NCBI GenBank assembly: GCA_051530055.1
Contig: CM121342.1
Location: forward strand, 12,043,480-12,107,479
Source of the DNA: Neoechinorhynchus agilis
Lineage: Eukaryota > Animalia > Acanthocephala
DNA: 64,000 nt
Direction of reading: 5' to 3'
Part shown: positions 52,096 through 64,000 of the stretch, piece by piece
Position numbering within the stretch: the first letter of the stretch is position 1
Layout: each line of letters opens with the position of its first letter
Position numbers and translations under genes: made by a program
Notes under the pieces: model-generated
What the model was told of the DNA's origin: nothing
Databases searched by the model: none
The model's input: only the letters and a program-made list of their open reading frames with translations

Positions 52096-52358
52096 AGAAA
52101 AACTAGAAATCCTGTTGAAGTCATGCGTAGAAGCTCTTCTGGCAACTTTTCTGCCTTACCCGCTGTATACCCTGGAATGTATTATGGTGGCTACCGTGGA
52201 CAACATGGGCACCATGGACACCACACCATGGGCACCATGGACAGAGATATCCAAGCTATGGATACTATCAAGGTTACAATTATCCGCGATATGGTTGCCA
52301 AACATACTCCTCACCTGGTCAGTATGGAGGGAATCAGGATGGATGCTCCATAACGTAA
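52096..52358 (+). pseudogene. Gly/Tyr/His-rich low-complexity protein exon with an apparent frameshift
   Basis: PGMYYGGYRGQHGHHGH continues, after a 1-nt shift near 52222, as HHGHHGQRYPSYGYYQGYNYPRYGCQTYSSPGQYGGNQDGCSIT*. Acceptor gttag at 52091-95. Confidence 0.55.
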
Positions 52359-52800
52359 TTGCCGAAATGCACGTATTTTAAAAATTCCAGAAATAAAAAA
52401 GGACAGCTGAAAATACTTATGCCTTACTTAAAAACTCGAGAGTTGTTTAATAAATCTTCCGATCAAGTCACCTGCAGTCGCCGTATGAATGTATTTTTTC
52501 AATTGTTCTCTCGCAACTGCAGGCAGAGCTCCGCCTCATTAGGCCCTACTTCACTGTGAGTCTTTTGGGAAATTACACTGCGCTAACATTAAAATGTCAC
52601 AAAAAAATATGTTGAACAGCACCGAAGGATTATTTTTTGGATAATATCAACCCATCTTCGAGTTATTTAAAATTATCGCAAAACTTATGAAACAACCTTC
52701 GTATATTCATCGACAATGCTCATAAGACGAAAATTGGTTATTAGCTCAATTTCCAATCGCCTTTCCTTTCTTAAATCACCACGTATTCAACGGTGATTTA

Positions 52801-53180
52801 TTAACTTTGTGCGACTGCATTGTTTTCGACATCACTGTTTGATTTCTTTAAGATGGTGCTTGAAAATCCCAATCTATCAAGATTTTCTCCTTTCATTAAA
52901 TTTCTAATAAATGTGCAATCAAAAACATAGAAATCAAACATACTTCGCCATTCTGCATTCAAGATAATCTCTCGCTAATGATTTGCACTTTTCAAATTGA
53001 TTTCTTGAGTCGGCCATGCATTGAAGATACATCCTAGCATTTGATTTACATTGTCCTGTACTTTTTTAAATCATTTTTCTTATTATGAGCAAGAAGCGCA
53101 CCCGATCGATCAAGGGGAAATGATCCTCGTTCCGGTGGTTTTACTTTGCTTAGCTTTTGTCCGAATACAAATGATGACAT
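52801..53180 (-). CDS. COX19: Cytochrome c oxidase assembly protein COX19; exons 53180-53102, 53055-52944, 52903-52801
   Basis: MSSFVFGQK...KPPERGSFPLDRSGQC-x9-C...C-x9-CRMAKNLM..ENLDRLGF (twin CX9C). GT-AG introns of 46 and 40 nt. Not captured intact by the ORF track. Confidence 0.93.
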
Positions 53181-53395
53181 CTCTAAAATGAAGAGGAACT
53201 TTATAAGTACGTAAAGTGTAGAAGTCTCCATAAGCATTAAAGAGATGCATTTCGACGTCGATTGAACTACAATGGCAAAGTCTCTGTGATTGCTCACATC
53301 TCATTTAGCAAAGGGGACCAATATTTTAGCAAACACTTTAATTATATAATAAAAAGAGGAAAAAGCATAAGTCACCGAACCGTGTACCTTAGGTA

Positions 53396-53644
53396 AGTTG
53401 ATTTTGGTTGGTTAATTTTGTACTTGTTGGTTTCCGCTCTTTCCCCCGAATCAATTTGCATTTGGAGGATTGAGCAGTGGGGAAGAAAGATCGGAAGTAG
53501 AGATTTGCGCGAGGAACTGAAGGATGCGACGCAAGTGTTGTAAGTGTGAGCAAAAGGAGAAATTTGTGGTAGAAATTGAAGAGGAGGGAGAGAATGAAGG
53601 TGCTTTGAGTGTTTGTGAAAGATTAGAGAGAGGTGTTTTTCTAA
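53396..53644 (-). repeat. Dispersed ~250-bp repeat, inverted relative to 55849-56114
   Basis: Reverse complement of tagaaaaacacctctctctaatc...ccaaaatcaact. Confidence 0.85.
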
Positions 53645-53664
53645 GGCAACAAGTTCGAAGGAGG

Positions 53665-54140
53665 TTCTCAATCTTTGGTGCGAAGATTCCGGTAGCGAGC
53701 AGGGTACCCGTCAATGGTTGCAAACAATCAGTTTGGGACTCACCCCTCGTCGCTAGAATTCATAACTCTTTAATTTCAGATTCTCGTGACCTGGTGAACC
53801 GAACTCGATTGTCGGCAATCTCTACAAGAGAATCGGGTGCTTGGCTCAACGCTCTCCCAATCGCTTCTGCGGGTGCCCTTCTCTCCGACGAGACAGTAAG
53901 GATCGCAGTGTCTCTGAGCCTTCGACGCCATCGTTTGTCGGCAATAAGGCGGGAGGTACTCACGACACGCCGAAGTGAACGTAATTCTTAGAATACTGTG
54001 AATGTGCCCAACATCCCAAAGACTTTCAAACTTTGCCGACTCGAAGTCCATCGACGGTGTCACAATATTCCCGTGCCGAGGGAACGCAAATACCTTCTCT
54101 GGGACGCCATTCGCAGCCAGCAACATAAAAATTCGCCGCT
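53665..54140 (+). mobile_element. CRE-like retrotransposon fragment
   Basis: High similarity to ~24925-25450 (ESGAWLNALP...ETVRIAVSL), with internal deletions. Confidence 0.85.
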
Positions 54141-54649
54141 CTTAAATAGAGGGAGAAGTATTTGTCGCCGAGCATCGCGAAAAGACCGAAAAAGCTGTAA
54201 TTTGCGATGAGGGTAAGAGGGCCTACGAGTTCGGGGTCGGATTGAGGGGAAGAATTTCGAGGTAATTTCTCGAGATGTTAGCACGTCGCCGCTTTCGACG
54301 TCATTTTGTCAAAACGGCGCAAAGTTCAATTGTGAAAAATCCTTCAATGTATCTCTAACTCTTTATTGAACTCAGCTATTTTGTTTCTATGCCAACAAAT
54401 CTTCGTTTTTCGACGAAACTTTTCCGTGGCAAAAATCACCATAATCATCTCTCAGCTCATCTAATCATGACATTAAAATTCTTTTTTGATTAGAGATGCA
54501 TCCAACTAAGAGTAGACTTTCTCATCTGTATGATAAAATGAGAAAAGGAAATTAAATTGATATCATACAATTTCAATTAGTTAAAAATTCTTCCTTCTTA
54601 GTTTTAAGCCTTCCTTCTACCGCGAATCAAATCAGTGCAGCAGTCATCT

Positions 54650-55650
54650 CCTTAAGATGACGGTATTACCTAGCTGGATTGGAATATTCTAGCGGTCCTC
54701 CGTGATAGTCCCATACGTTTCTGATCTCGCTGATCAGTTTCAACGCCGGCTTTTACGGAGCCCTCCACTCCGAAGGGGTCAAAGTTAAAATTTGCGAGCA
54801 GCTCTATATTTTAGGCTGCTGTCGCCACTGATTCCGGACCCTTCCTCGTGGCGTTGGACTTGGCCAATGTTTCCGCGCAAATCGCGTCTCATAAGAGCCA
54901 TTTTCCTCGGGTCCAAGGAAAAACAGTCACACCATCAGGACGCTTGTTATCTGATCTGTAAAAATTGGTAAGCTATAATTTATTGGGAACATGAATCGAA
55001 GTCAGCGTTCGATGTTGGTTTCTGTGTTTCTCGGTAAACTTACTGCTGATCGGCTACACAATAACTCTAGTATGCCCTGAAGTAAAAAAAGTTAAATCTT
55101 CGTACCAAAGGGTCTAGAGGCTTATACTGTCATCAGCAATCGAAAGATTGCATTAAAAATGATCGGGCATGATGCGATTCGAAGCGTTTCGTCGTCCAAC
55201 GGAGTTCAAAAATTGCGCTGATAGAATCGCTTCAAGTTACATGCCAGACTCCTTTGTTGAGCGTGCGATCAGCTTCATCCGGAACTTCTCGTTCATTTTG
55301 CTTTTTGTGATTTGTTGACCATTTGAGCTATCGGGAAATCCCATGATGACTCTTTGCTGTTCATTTCTGGTGCCTCGGATAATCCAGGTTTAGCCGACCA
55401 AACGAAAAGTGCGCTTGTCTTTTCACAAGTGATCACGGAATTATCACGACGCGCAATGTTAAGCGAAAGCTGCTCGCGAAAAAGGCTATCGAGTTTTTGA
55501 CAACTCTTAGCTCGTGGAGAAGCTTCGGAATGTACAGGCAGTTTTTACTGTCTCGTGGTTTTTCAATTTCGAGGATCTCTCACAGAGCAGTCTTAGCTTT
55601 TCTCTATGCGAAATCACCATCGGTTATTGTTGTAAGTTGACCCATGCAGA
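54650..55650 (-). mobile_element. More diverged CRE-like retrotransposon remnant
   Basis: Minus-strand pieces NCLYIPKLLHELR, LDDETLRIA and KRPDGVTVFPWTRGK.L.DA are homologous to 23440-25718. Confidence 0.65.
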
Positions 55651-55848
55651 AAAAGTGTGATTGAGCGTAGAGCTGATTTTAAATTCCTAAGTTTGCTCCT
55701 GCTGCTTTTTCCTAAAGGATGTCAAATCACAAGCTTTATCGTCGAATCTATCGATATCTAACCTTCTGCAAATTTTCTTCCAAACTATTCTAAAAACTTA
55801 AGACATTTCACAAGAGGTGCGCTCTAATCTGCCCCTCCGAAATCGCGT

Positions 55849-56114
55849 TCTTAGAAAAACACCTCTCTCTAATCTTTCACAAACACTCAAAGCGCCTTCA
55901 TTCTCTTCCTCTTCTTCAATTTCTACCACAAATTTCTCCTTTTGCTCACACCTACAACACTCGCGTCGCCCCAACATTTTCCATCCTTCAGTTCCTCGCG
56001 CAAATCTCTACTTCCGATCTTTCTTCCCCACTGCTCAATCCTCCAAATGCGAATTGATTCGGAGGAAAGAGCGGAAAACAACAACTACAAATTAACCAAC
56101 CAAAATCAACTAAC
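55849..56114 (+). repeat. Dispersed ~260-bp repeat
   Basis: Matches 53396-53644 (inverted) and 26970-27130. Confidence 0.85.
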
Positions 56115-56234
56115 GGACCAAAAACAATTCTACCACAAAAACGAAACAACTTTAAATATATGTTTGAACATAAAAATTCAAAACATCGTGAACCGGAGGA
56201 AAGACCAAACCTCACAAACTAACAATCCCACCTA

Positions 56235-56440
56235 CGAATGATTTCGCAGTCGTTGCAGAGGATGCGGTATACTACGTCGGAATTTATGTTTTGCTGAGGT
56301 TTTCTTTTGAGTATGTCAGTGATAGTCGGAGATCTCTTGTGATATAGGCGAACGGTTATTTCGAATTTCCGAGGGTCCTGCGTATTACATTAGAGCAAAA
56401 ATCATCAACGTATTCAGTTCTGATAAATGTCATTGCTGGG
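56235..56440 (-). mobile_element. Penelope-like element GIY-YIG endonuclease remnant
   Basis: TEYVDDFCSNVIRRTL...LSLTYSKE...NSDVVYRILCNDCE-(shift)-SFVG resembles the Penelope VVYxIxCxDCxxxYVG motif. Confidence 0.55.
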
Positions 56441-56749
56441 CTTTCCATGTGTCGATTGGGTCGTGTATAAAATAGTCGATGCACAATGAAATGGCCAACA
56501 AGATGGAAGGGAACAAAGCAAACATTTCCCTCCAATTACCTGTATTTGACCTAAATGCACCCAGGGAGGGTTTCCGGGTCAAAACGAGCAATCATGTCGT
56601 GTGTGTTGTGACAAATTCCTCTGCAATTTTTAGATAGAATTGATAATGACTGATACAATCAGTCGAAATGTACATTCGTCTTTGACCTGGGAATGGTGGC
56701 TTCTGAGTTGGCATAGAATGCAACGAAACGACAAACATTGAACGTAGTG

Positions 56750-57250
56750 GCCGATAATAATAACACGTTTTATTAGAAGAAAGTCACAATGAAGAGAACC
56801 CATGTACATTTGGGTCCTCATGCACACTCGAGAGAGAACAAATGGATCTTTGTTTCAGGAATAGATGTCCGGTTTGTCCATAGAAGCGCGCCGGCACTTC
56901 GGCGAATCCGGTCGAGAACTGGACGTCATGTCTGAAACTTTTCCAGCATCGTCCTTGATGTGTACGTATGCGCCGAGGAAGTCCATGGACAAAAATCGTT
57001 GACAAGATTCAATTTGCACTTGAAGCAACGTGGTTTATGAAATAACCTGCGAATGATTTTTGATCGATGACAATCGCGGGTTAATCCACAGATATGGAAA
57101 ACTGAACGGTCTTTTCGTCAAGGTTTTACGGGGCCACACCATGTTCAAAGCACGACTGAGAGTGCCACAGCATAGGTTTGTGTTCAAAGACCAGGTAGAA
57201 ATATCTATCTCCGCGGTACCACTTATGTCCCGGACGGTTGAAAGGGGAAG
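56750..57250 (-). mobile_element. Highly degenerate Gypsy RNase H / integrase remnant
   Basis: FYLVFEHKPMLW (cf. FTLVTDHKPL) and TIFVHGLPRRIRTHQG (cf. FxxxGLPxxIxSDxG), with stops. Confidence 0.4.
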
Positions 57251-57349
57251 GAATGGCGTTATCGCAGACGACGCGACGGCGAGTTCTGCCCCATGTATCT
57301 TTGGTTGCCGAAGTATAGTTGGTTGTGCTCTTTCCTCCGATTCAGTTAC

Positions 57350-58372
57350 TATTTAAATATGACTGAGCAGCAGGAAAAAAGGAATGAAGGTGTTGGTTCG
57401 CGATTTGCGCGGTTTGAAGGAGGATGGCTTGCGCGTTCTATGAGGGTGGGTAATATGGGGAACGAGTCGCGGCGGATGGGACATCAGGCGTTTGCTCTGC
57501 TTTGTGAAAATTGTTAGGAGTGTCTTTCATGGACAGAAAATCACCGGAGCAAATTTTGACAGCTCTCTTATGGAAAACTTCTAGCTTGCGTAAATGTAAG
57601 CTAGATAAAATTTCGCTAGATCTGATGGGATCACCCCAAAACGACGAAGGCGTTTTAAGAGGTAGGTCTTGAAATTATTTTTTCTGATGGCTAAAGAGAC
57701 GTGGGAATGCCATTTTAGGTCTTGTTGGAACTGGAGGCCCAAAATTCGAAGGTTAGCGACGCGTTTTGTCGCATTCGGTAGATATGGTTGTGCGTAGAAA
57801 GACGGGTTTCCTTTAAGAGCCGGGATCATCGCAGACGATTTCGAGAAATTGATCGATAACTTCATGCCGTCGCAGAAATCGGAAATGTTTGAGATTTCAG
57901 CCAGGGTAACAGGCAGTGACTTGTTTGCCGGTACAATGGTGACTAGGGTTATGTCGTCGGCATACAGGAATAGACGGGTTTCGCTCGAGAGGAGTTTGAG
58001 TCTGTTAAGAAAGATGTTGAAGAGGAGTGGGGAAAGGATGGCTCCTTTTGGGACACCTTTTGATAGTAGCATGGTCTTTGAGGTGGCGGCGTTGCATTTT
58101 ATGTATTGTGCTCGACTTGTCAAATATGAAAAGAGCCATCGAATTTTCCAAGCATCCAGTCCGAAATCGGAACAGGCTTCGATAAGCTTGTGATGTTAAT
58201 CAACATTTTAGATGAGCGCGTCATAAATGCAGAGTAGAACATCTGTGGCTGAATATTTAGGGCGAAATCCAAATTGTTTAGCTAGGAGATTGGGGAGGAG
58301 GCTCGCTTTAAAGCATTTTTCAAAGACTTGGAGAGCGCGGGAAGGATAGAGATGGGGCGAAAAAATGACGAG
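57350..58372 (-). mobile_element. CR1-like LINE, 3' (RT) part
   Basis: FRPISILPALSK, GVPKGAILSPLLFNIF, LYADDITL, LGLQFQQDLKWHSH, RTNTFIP. Confidence 0.88.
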
Positions 58373-58510
58373 TGATGTGAATTGCGATATAGATCGATGC
58401 GCGTAATTAAATTATGCGCTACATCGATATAAAACCTCCCACGTGCGTGCGGTGCGTGCATCCATCATTAGTGCCCGTTTTGTTTAACAAAAGCCAACTA
58501 AGGGCCATCA
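58373..58510 (+). repeat. 5' LTR (138 bp, TGATG...CATCA)
   Basis: Terminal inverted pentamer. The first 31 bp are identical to 61778-61808. Confidence 0.8.
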
Positions 58511-61500
58511 CAATTTATTAAACAAAACTATTCCTATGACGACTAACAATTCCGATATGGATTCCAAGAAGGTGATCCATAATTTGTCGCTACCGAGCGA
58601 GCTCAACGTCTCGAAGCCTTCATGGCGTCTTGAACGATTCAACGTATTGCCTCACGAGGAGGGAGCGTTGAAGAAGTACAAGTTATGGAGACGGAATTTC
58701 CAACACCTTCTGAAATCAATCGATGGAGGTGTTTCCATCGACACTCTACTTCTGAACATAAGCGCGGACGTTTACGAATTCGTCGAAGAGGAGACCTCTC
58801 TAGATGATACTCTGAAAACTTTAGATCGTTTATTCCTAAAAGAAAGCAACGAAGTCATGGCCAGGTATTTCTTGTCCATACGAAAACAGGCAGACAACGA
58901 AGATATCGACCAATTTATTCAATCACTCCGATCGTTGGCTAAAAATTGTCATTTCAAAAATGTGTCCGCTGAGGAAGCTCGGGACGATTTCCTTCGTGAT
59001 TCGTTCATTGCTGGACTGAGATCTGACTCTACCCGCCAAAGACTTTTGGAGAACGAGCATTGGGATCTTAACAGAGCCATCGCGATCTCAAAATCTATGC
59101 AGAATGCGGTGGAAAGTTTGGCGCATTTCAACCATAAACCCGAGGTTGGTTCTGTCGGCTTCATCAATCCTGGTTATAGCTCGGATTCCATTTTGGAAAC
59201 CGTTGAATGTGACGCAACCGTAAATACCCAGCCATCGAAAATAACGAAAATGTCACGAAACGGGACTAACCTGTGCTATTTCTGTGGACTTAAACGGAAT
59301 CCTCGATTTCAGTGCCCGGCGAAAGAGGCCGTCTGTTACTGCTGCTCCCAGCAGGGCCATTTGCTAGGGTTTGTAAGACTAAAGGAAAATTGACGAATAA
59401 AAGCGTATCTTCGATTTTTCTTGCGACCAGCAATCTCGAAGCTCAGTCCGACAAACGTGTTCAAATCTCAATAAATGTTTCAAATTGTCAAATGTCGGCT
59501 TTAGTGGATACTGGAAGTGTTTTAAACTTCATCGATATGAGCGCGACACGAAAACTACGAATACGTTACACGCCTGTTAATCTCAACGTCCTGATGGCCG
59601 CGGGTAATTCGTCTCGAAAAGTGTTGGGAAAATGCCTGGTGGACATACAGTATGAACAAAGAAACTGTTTGAACGTGGAATTGTTTCTATTAAACGATTT
59701 ATGTTCCGATGTTATCCTTGGAATACCTTTTATTGGCTTACATTTTGAGATGCGGATAAAACCGGGAGGAACTATGGAAAGTTTAGATCTGCGAATCGCA
59801 TCGGTCAATACCAAGCAGTCTCACTATTCACCCCTACTCTTTGAGAATTTGAGCGAAGACACGACTCCGATCGTAACCAAGTCGAGAAGGCACAATGAAG
59901 AAAATTCAACGTTTATCCGTGCAGAAATCAATCGACTATTGCGAGATCAAGTCATAGAACTCGCGAACTCACCTTGGCGAGCCCAAGTTATTGTCGTCAA
60001 GCGCGAAAATGGGAAAAAGCGACTTGTCGTTGACTTTTCGCAGACTATTAATAGGATCACGTACTTGGACGCTTATCCGCTTCCCAAATTAAGCTCTCTT
60101 GCAAAATAAAATCACAAAATATAGATATCTCAGCCACTTAGACCTAAAAGACGCTTACCATCAGGTACCTATACAGATCAAAGAGCGCAATTTTACAACT
60201 TTCGAAGCTTGCGGAAAATTCTATCGCTTTACGCGAATCCCCATGGGAGTGACAAATGGAGTGGCCGCCTTTCAGAGATTCATGAACCACGTAATCGATG
60301 GGAACGAATTAAAAGCTACCTTTGCCTATTTGGGCGACGTTATTGTATGTGACAAAACCCGTGAAGAACACAATGTCAATCTAAACCGTTTTAAAAAAGT
60401 CACATCGCTTGCCGAATTGAAGTTGAACGAAGCAAAGAGTACGTTTTGCAAAGAAACCATTCGAGTATTAGGATACGATATCGGCGCAGGACAGCTGAAA
60501 CCAGATCGTTCGCGGCTTAAACCCTTGGACGAAATCCGAACTTCAACGAACAAAGCGACCTTAAGGCGTTTATTGGGATTTTTTTGCGTATTACAGTCGG
60601 TGGATTTCTAATTATTCCAGCAAAATCCAACCGCTAATCGTTGCCGACTTATCTTTTCCTCTTGATCACAAAGAAATCGATGTCATTCGCAGCTTGAAGG
60701 AAGATATTAAAAAGCTACTGTGAATGCGATTGAGGACGATGGAAAATTCACTCTGGAATGCGATGCGTCAGACAATGCCATAGAGGCGGCCCTTTTTCAG
60801 AACGACGGACCTGTAGCGTTTTATAGTCGAACATTATCGAAATATGAAAAACGCTATCATATCATCGAAAAAGAAGCATTAGCCATGGTCGATTCGATAA
60901 GAGAATGGAAGTGCTACCTCTCAACGCGCCATTTCACCGCTATCACAGATCAGCGTTCCATTTCCTTCATGCTAAATCAACGACACGGCGGGAAGATCCG
61001 GAACGACAGGATTTTGTGGTGGAAGCTACCTTTGGATGTCCCTCCTTTATCCACTCTGATCGCGGCTCCTGCTTCACCTCTAGAACATTACGCGATTGGC
61101 TAACTTCGCTAAGGATATGCTCAAGTCACACAACCTCCTATCGTCCTCAAGCCAATGGACAATGTGAACGTCTCAATGGTACCCTTTGGAAGACGATCCT
61201 CCTAACATTGGAAGACAAGTCTTGGCCAATAACAAAGTGGGACGAAGCGTTCTTACAAGCTCTGGAAATCTAAGATCGCTGCTTTGTACCTCTACTGCAA
61301 AGACACCTCACGAGCGAATGTTCTGCTATGAAAGGAGGGTACCGATTGGAATTAACCTTCCTAGATGGCTCCGATCTGGAGAATCCGTATGGGTGAAGAA
61401 TGGGCCCGCGAAATCGAAAAGTGAAGATTCTGTCCAAAAAGCCAAATTGATCGATGCCAATGAAAAATACTGTATAGTTAAATACCCTGATGGACGTCAG

Positions 61501-61777
61501 GACTCAGTCTCGACACAAAGAATAGCCCCCGCTTGCGATACGAGCGCTTCGGACGTTACAGTGAAGGAATCTCAAGTGCCGGAAGGTGGGGTACCGAATG
61601 ACATTACATGTGATGTCGAAAAAGAAGATAACCTTGACGGGCAACCTACTTCAGACGAGCCTGTTGAACAAACTACTTCGGATACTGCGCATCAGGTACG
61701 AGGTTCGACGTGGACATCCGAAAACAGAAAGCTGGTCCGTCGCTCGACTCGCTTCCGAAAAGAATCCGGCGGAAGGT

Positions 61778-61815
61778 TGATGTGAATTGCGATATAGATC
61801 GATGCGCGGGCCATC
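61778..61815 (+). repeat. Truncated 3' LTR
   Basis: tgatgtgaattgcgatatagatcgatgcgcg followed by ggccatc. Confidence 0.8.
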
Positions 61816-63220
61816 TTTAAACATGATAGATAGATTCCAGATGCGAAACTATGATTGACGATGGTAGTTAATGGGTCAATAATTTCCGGTATGATAACAC
61901 GAACAGCCCAGTTAGGAATGTCCGAATGTGGGGATCCGTTTCGCGGCAGTTTCTTGAGATGCTGAAACACTTCGAGGGAGGAAACCAGTGGGGGTAACTT
62001 CGAAGAGCCCATTTTTTGTGTATTAGCTTCAAGTTGGATGTCACCGTCGTTTGGTGAGCATAGCTTTGCGTTGATGGAATCGAGGATCGCCTTTAATTCA
62101 GAGGCTGACAAGTATGCGAAAGGTTGAGGGTTCCGTAGCCCCGGGCAACTTTTGATTGTATGCCACCAATGTGCGTTTCCCGTGGAGCGAATTCTGGACG
62201 AGAGATATTCTTTGCGGGCATTCATTATTTTTATAGAAAGCGTGGATTGTAGGCGTGACAAATCGGGCGAATTTTTATGGAAAGCCGGCAATGGTTTGTT
62301 GTTGGAGTAGCTTCAGAAGAGGGCTGAGCCAGGGCGGGTCACGGTTAGTGATTTTAACAAATTTCTTGGGGATGCAAGAGGATAAGCAATACCCAATCGC
62401 CGAAGTAAGGTCGGACATCGTAACAGATGGATCTTGTGCATTACCAATAGGGATAAAGGGAACCACAGATTTGTACATTTCTACGAATTTGAAGATGTGA
62501 TGATCCCGTTTGTCCCAGACGGGAACTGCTGGATATTTGATACGAGGAGGTGGGTTAGAAGTGGAGACGAGGACGCAGGAGTGATCTGAGTTGGCGAGTG
62601 GCGGTAGTTTAGTAGCGATTGTGTAGGCTTGTATGTTGGAGAACACTTTGTCGAGGCGGGTTGGCGAGTGACGGTAGTTTAGTAGCGGTTGTGTAGGCTT
62701 GTATGTTGGAGAACACTTTGTCGAGGCGGGATTTTGCCATGCAGGAAATTTGACGAGTTGATGCAGGTCAGAGAGTGGCGTGAGTTGAAAAAGGTTGTTA
62801 AAGTCGCCTGCAATGAGGAAGTGGTGTGAATTGTTGCTGTTGAACAAATCCATCAGTTTTTCCCGCGATAGAGAACTCTCGAAAGCCGTTTCTTAAGTGG
62901 GTGGAGAGATGAATGGCAATGAACTCAAGGTCGGGGTGTTGTAGGGAACCTACGCGGGATATTGAATAAGGCAGTAGAGTGCGAACAAAGATTGAGATTC
63001 CTCCCCCTGTTTTGTCTTCGCGATAAGAGTGAAACGCTGAGAACCCGGGCCGGATGGCGGAGTCCTTGTTCATAAGGGTAAGCCATGTTACGGTTATTAT
63101 TATGATATCCGCATTGGTGTTTACTGGCATATTTATAACCTCATCGAGTTTGGGAAGAAGGTTGCGGGCATTTGAGTAAAGTATCCTAGGAAAGTATATT
63201 TTCTTTCTTCTAGGATTGAG
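61816..63220 (-). mobile_element. CR1-like LINE, 5' (APE and pre-RT) part
   Basis: YSNARNLLPKLDE, ADIIIITVTWL, REDKTGGGISIFV, LIAGDFN, RLDKVFSN, SDH, IVNHSFASGIYLSCLK. Confidence 0.88.
62591..62730. repeat. 70-bp tandem duplication inside the CR1 APE region
   Basis: 62591-62660 and 62661-62730 differ at 2 positions. Confidence 0.95.
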
Positions 63221-63696
63221 GCGATGATTTGTTGAGACCGACTTGGCGTCAGTTTTTTGCAGTTTATCTGAATCACTAACGATTAAATTTACAAGTCCAT
63301 TTCGATCTATATTTTAACCTGGTAGGCATTACATGAACTTCCTTATCACATGTTATTGAACGCTTTCATGTGGACGCTACTTAAAACTATGAGGTTTATA
63401 ACTGCACAAATAGATCATTTATCTTTTTTCACTTGAGTTTGGTGGTTAAACGGCGACAGCGTCAAAGTTATGAAGCGATCGAAACACGCGGAACTAATAA
63501 CGAAAATCACCACAAATATAGCCGTCATTCGTAAATGCGTCATTTGATCAATTATAGCACAAACTAGAAAAATTAATCGATTGATCTCACCCTGCATTCC
63601 CCTTCGCTCAGATACTCTCTCTACTAAAGATTTACTCGCAAGTAAAAGATCTAATACTAAAAACTAAAGAGTAAACTACTTTCATCGACTCCTGAA

Positions 63697-63998
63697 CTAG
63701 CTTGGTGGACTGAGGATAGCAGCAGGATCAACATTAGAGGCAACCACGTCGACTAACTCGGCCTTGAATTCCGAATTTTGTTCAAATAAGATATTTGCTT
63801 CAATGTCGTAATAGTCGCTACCATTGAGACGGATCTAGAGGCGGACGAAGCGTAAGGAATAGGTTTAAATACGATAAAGAAGCTTACCCTGATGCTCATG
63901 GAAAAACCATTTCCTTCAATAGCACCAATAATATATCTTGTGGCAATAATGTCACAGCATCCGGAACGTCCGATGGTCATGCAAATGTCTCGTTTCAT
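63697..63998 (-). CDS. Spliced coding fragment of an unknown gene at the window edge
   Basis: Exon 63998-63888, GT-AG intron 63887-63835 (53 nt, gtaagc...ctag), in-frame exon 63834-63697. No recognised family. Confidence 0.35.
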
Positions 63999-64000
63999 GT

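Larger units (their letters stand above)
58373..61815 (+). mobile_element. Defective Ty3/Gypsy LTR retrotransposon inserted in the CR1-like LINE
   Basis: gag 58536-59393 with CCHC, protease ALVDTGS, RT (catalytic motif reads YLGD), RNase H LECDAS, integrase core HSDRG...PQANGQCER with its N-terminal part deleted near 61027. Purine-rich tract before the 3' LTR. Confidence 0.92.

Noticed and set aside
58373-58392. LTR start resembles 5.8S rRNA AUGUGAAUUGC
   Set aside because: Short chance match within a clear LTR terminus.
63950-63985. TIGRSGCCDII resembles an FHA domain start
   Set aside because: The downstream SRxH and NG motifs are not in register, and the gene is cut by the window edge.

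Overview
AT-rich animal (invertebrate-like) genomic DNA with compact genes (introns mostly 40-53 nt) scattered among decayed retroelements. I cannot identify the species. Recognisable genes: a secreted Cys/Pro-rich repeat protein, DUS1L, EDRF1, a CD225/dispanin protein, a CYB5R4-type cytochrome b5 domain protein, a myosin essential light chain, a coiled/cold-like Ly6 protein, SWI5, a ZMYM/QRICH1-type DUF3504 protein and COX19. Mobile DNA includes CRE-like RLE retrotransposon remnants, I/Jockey-like and CR1-like LINEs, Ty3/Gypsy elements, a Penelope remnant and several palindromic MITE-like elements. The standout feature is an 18.5-kb tandem array (~30500-49071) of about 80 units of ~231 bp. 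It looks like a satellite, but each unit carries a box C/D snoRNA architecture (C, D', C', D). A 15-nt guide sits just before box D' and is complementary to the conserved 18S rRNA segment AGAACGAAAGUUAGA, which by recall is the U59/SNORD59/snR54 target. Each unit also holds a second C/D-like module. rRNA and snoRNA comparisons are from memory and need database confirmation.
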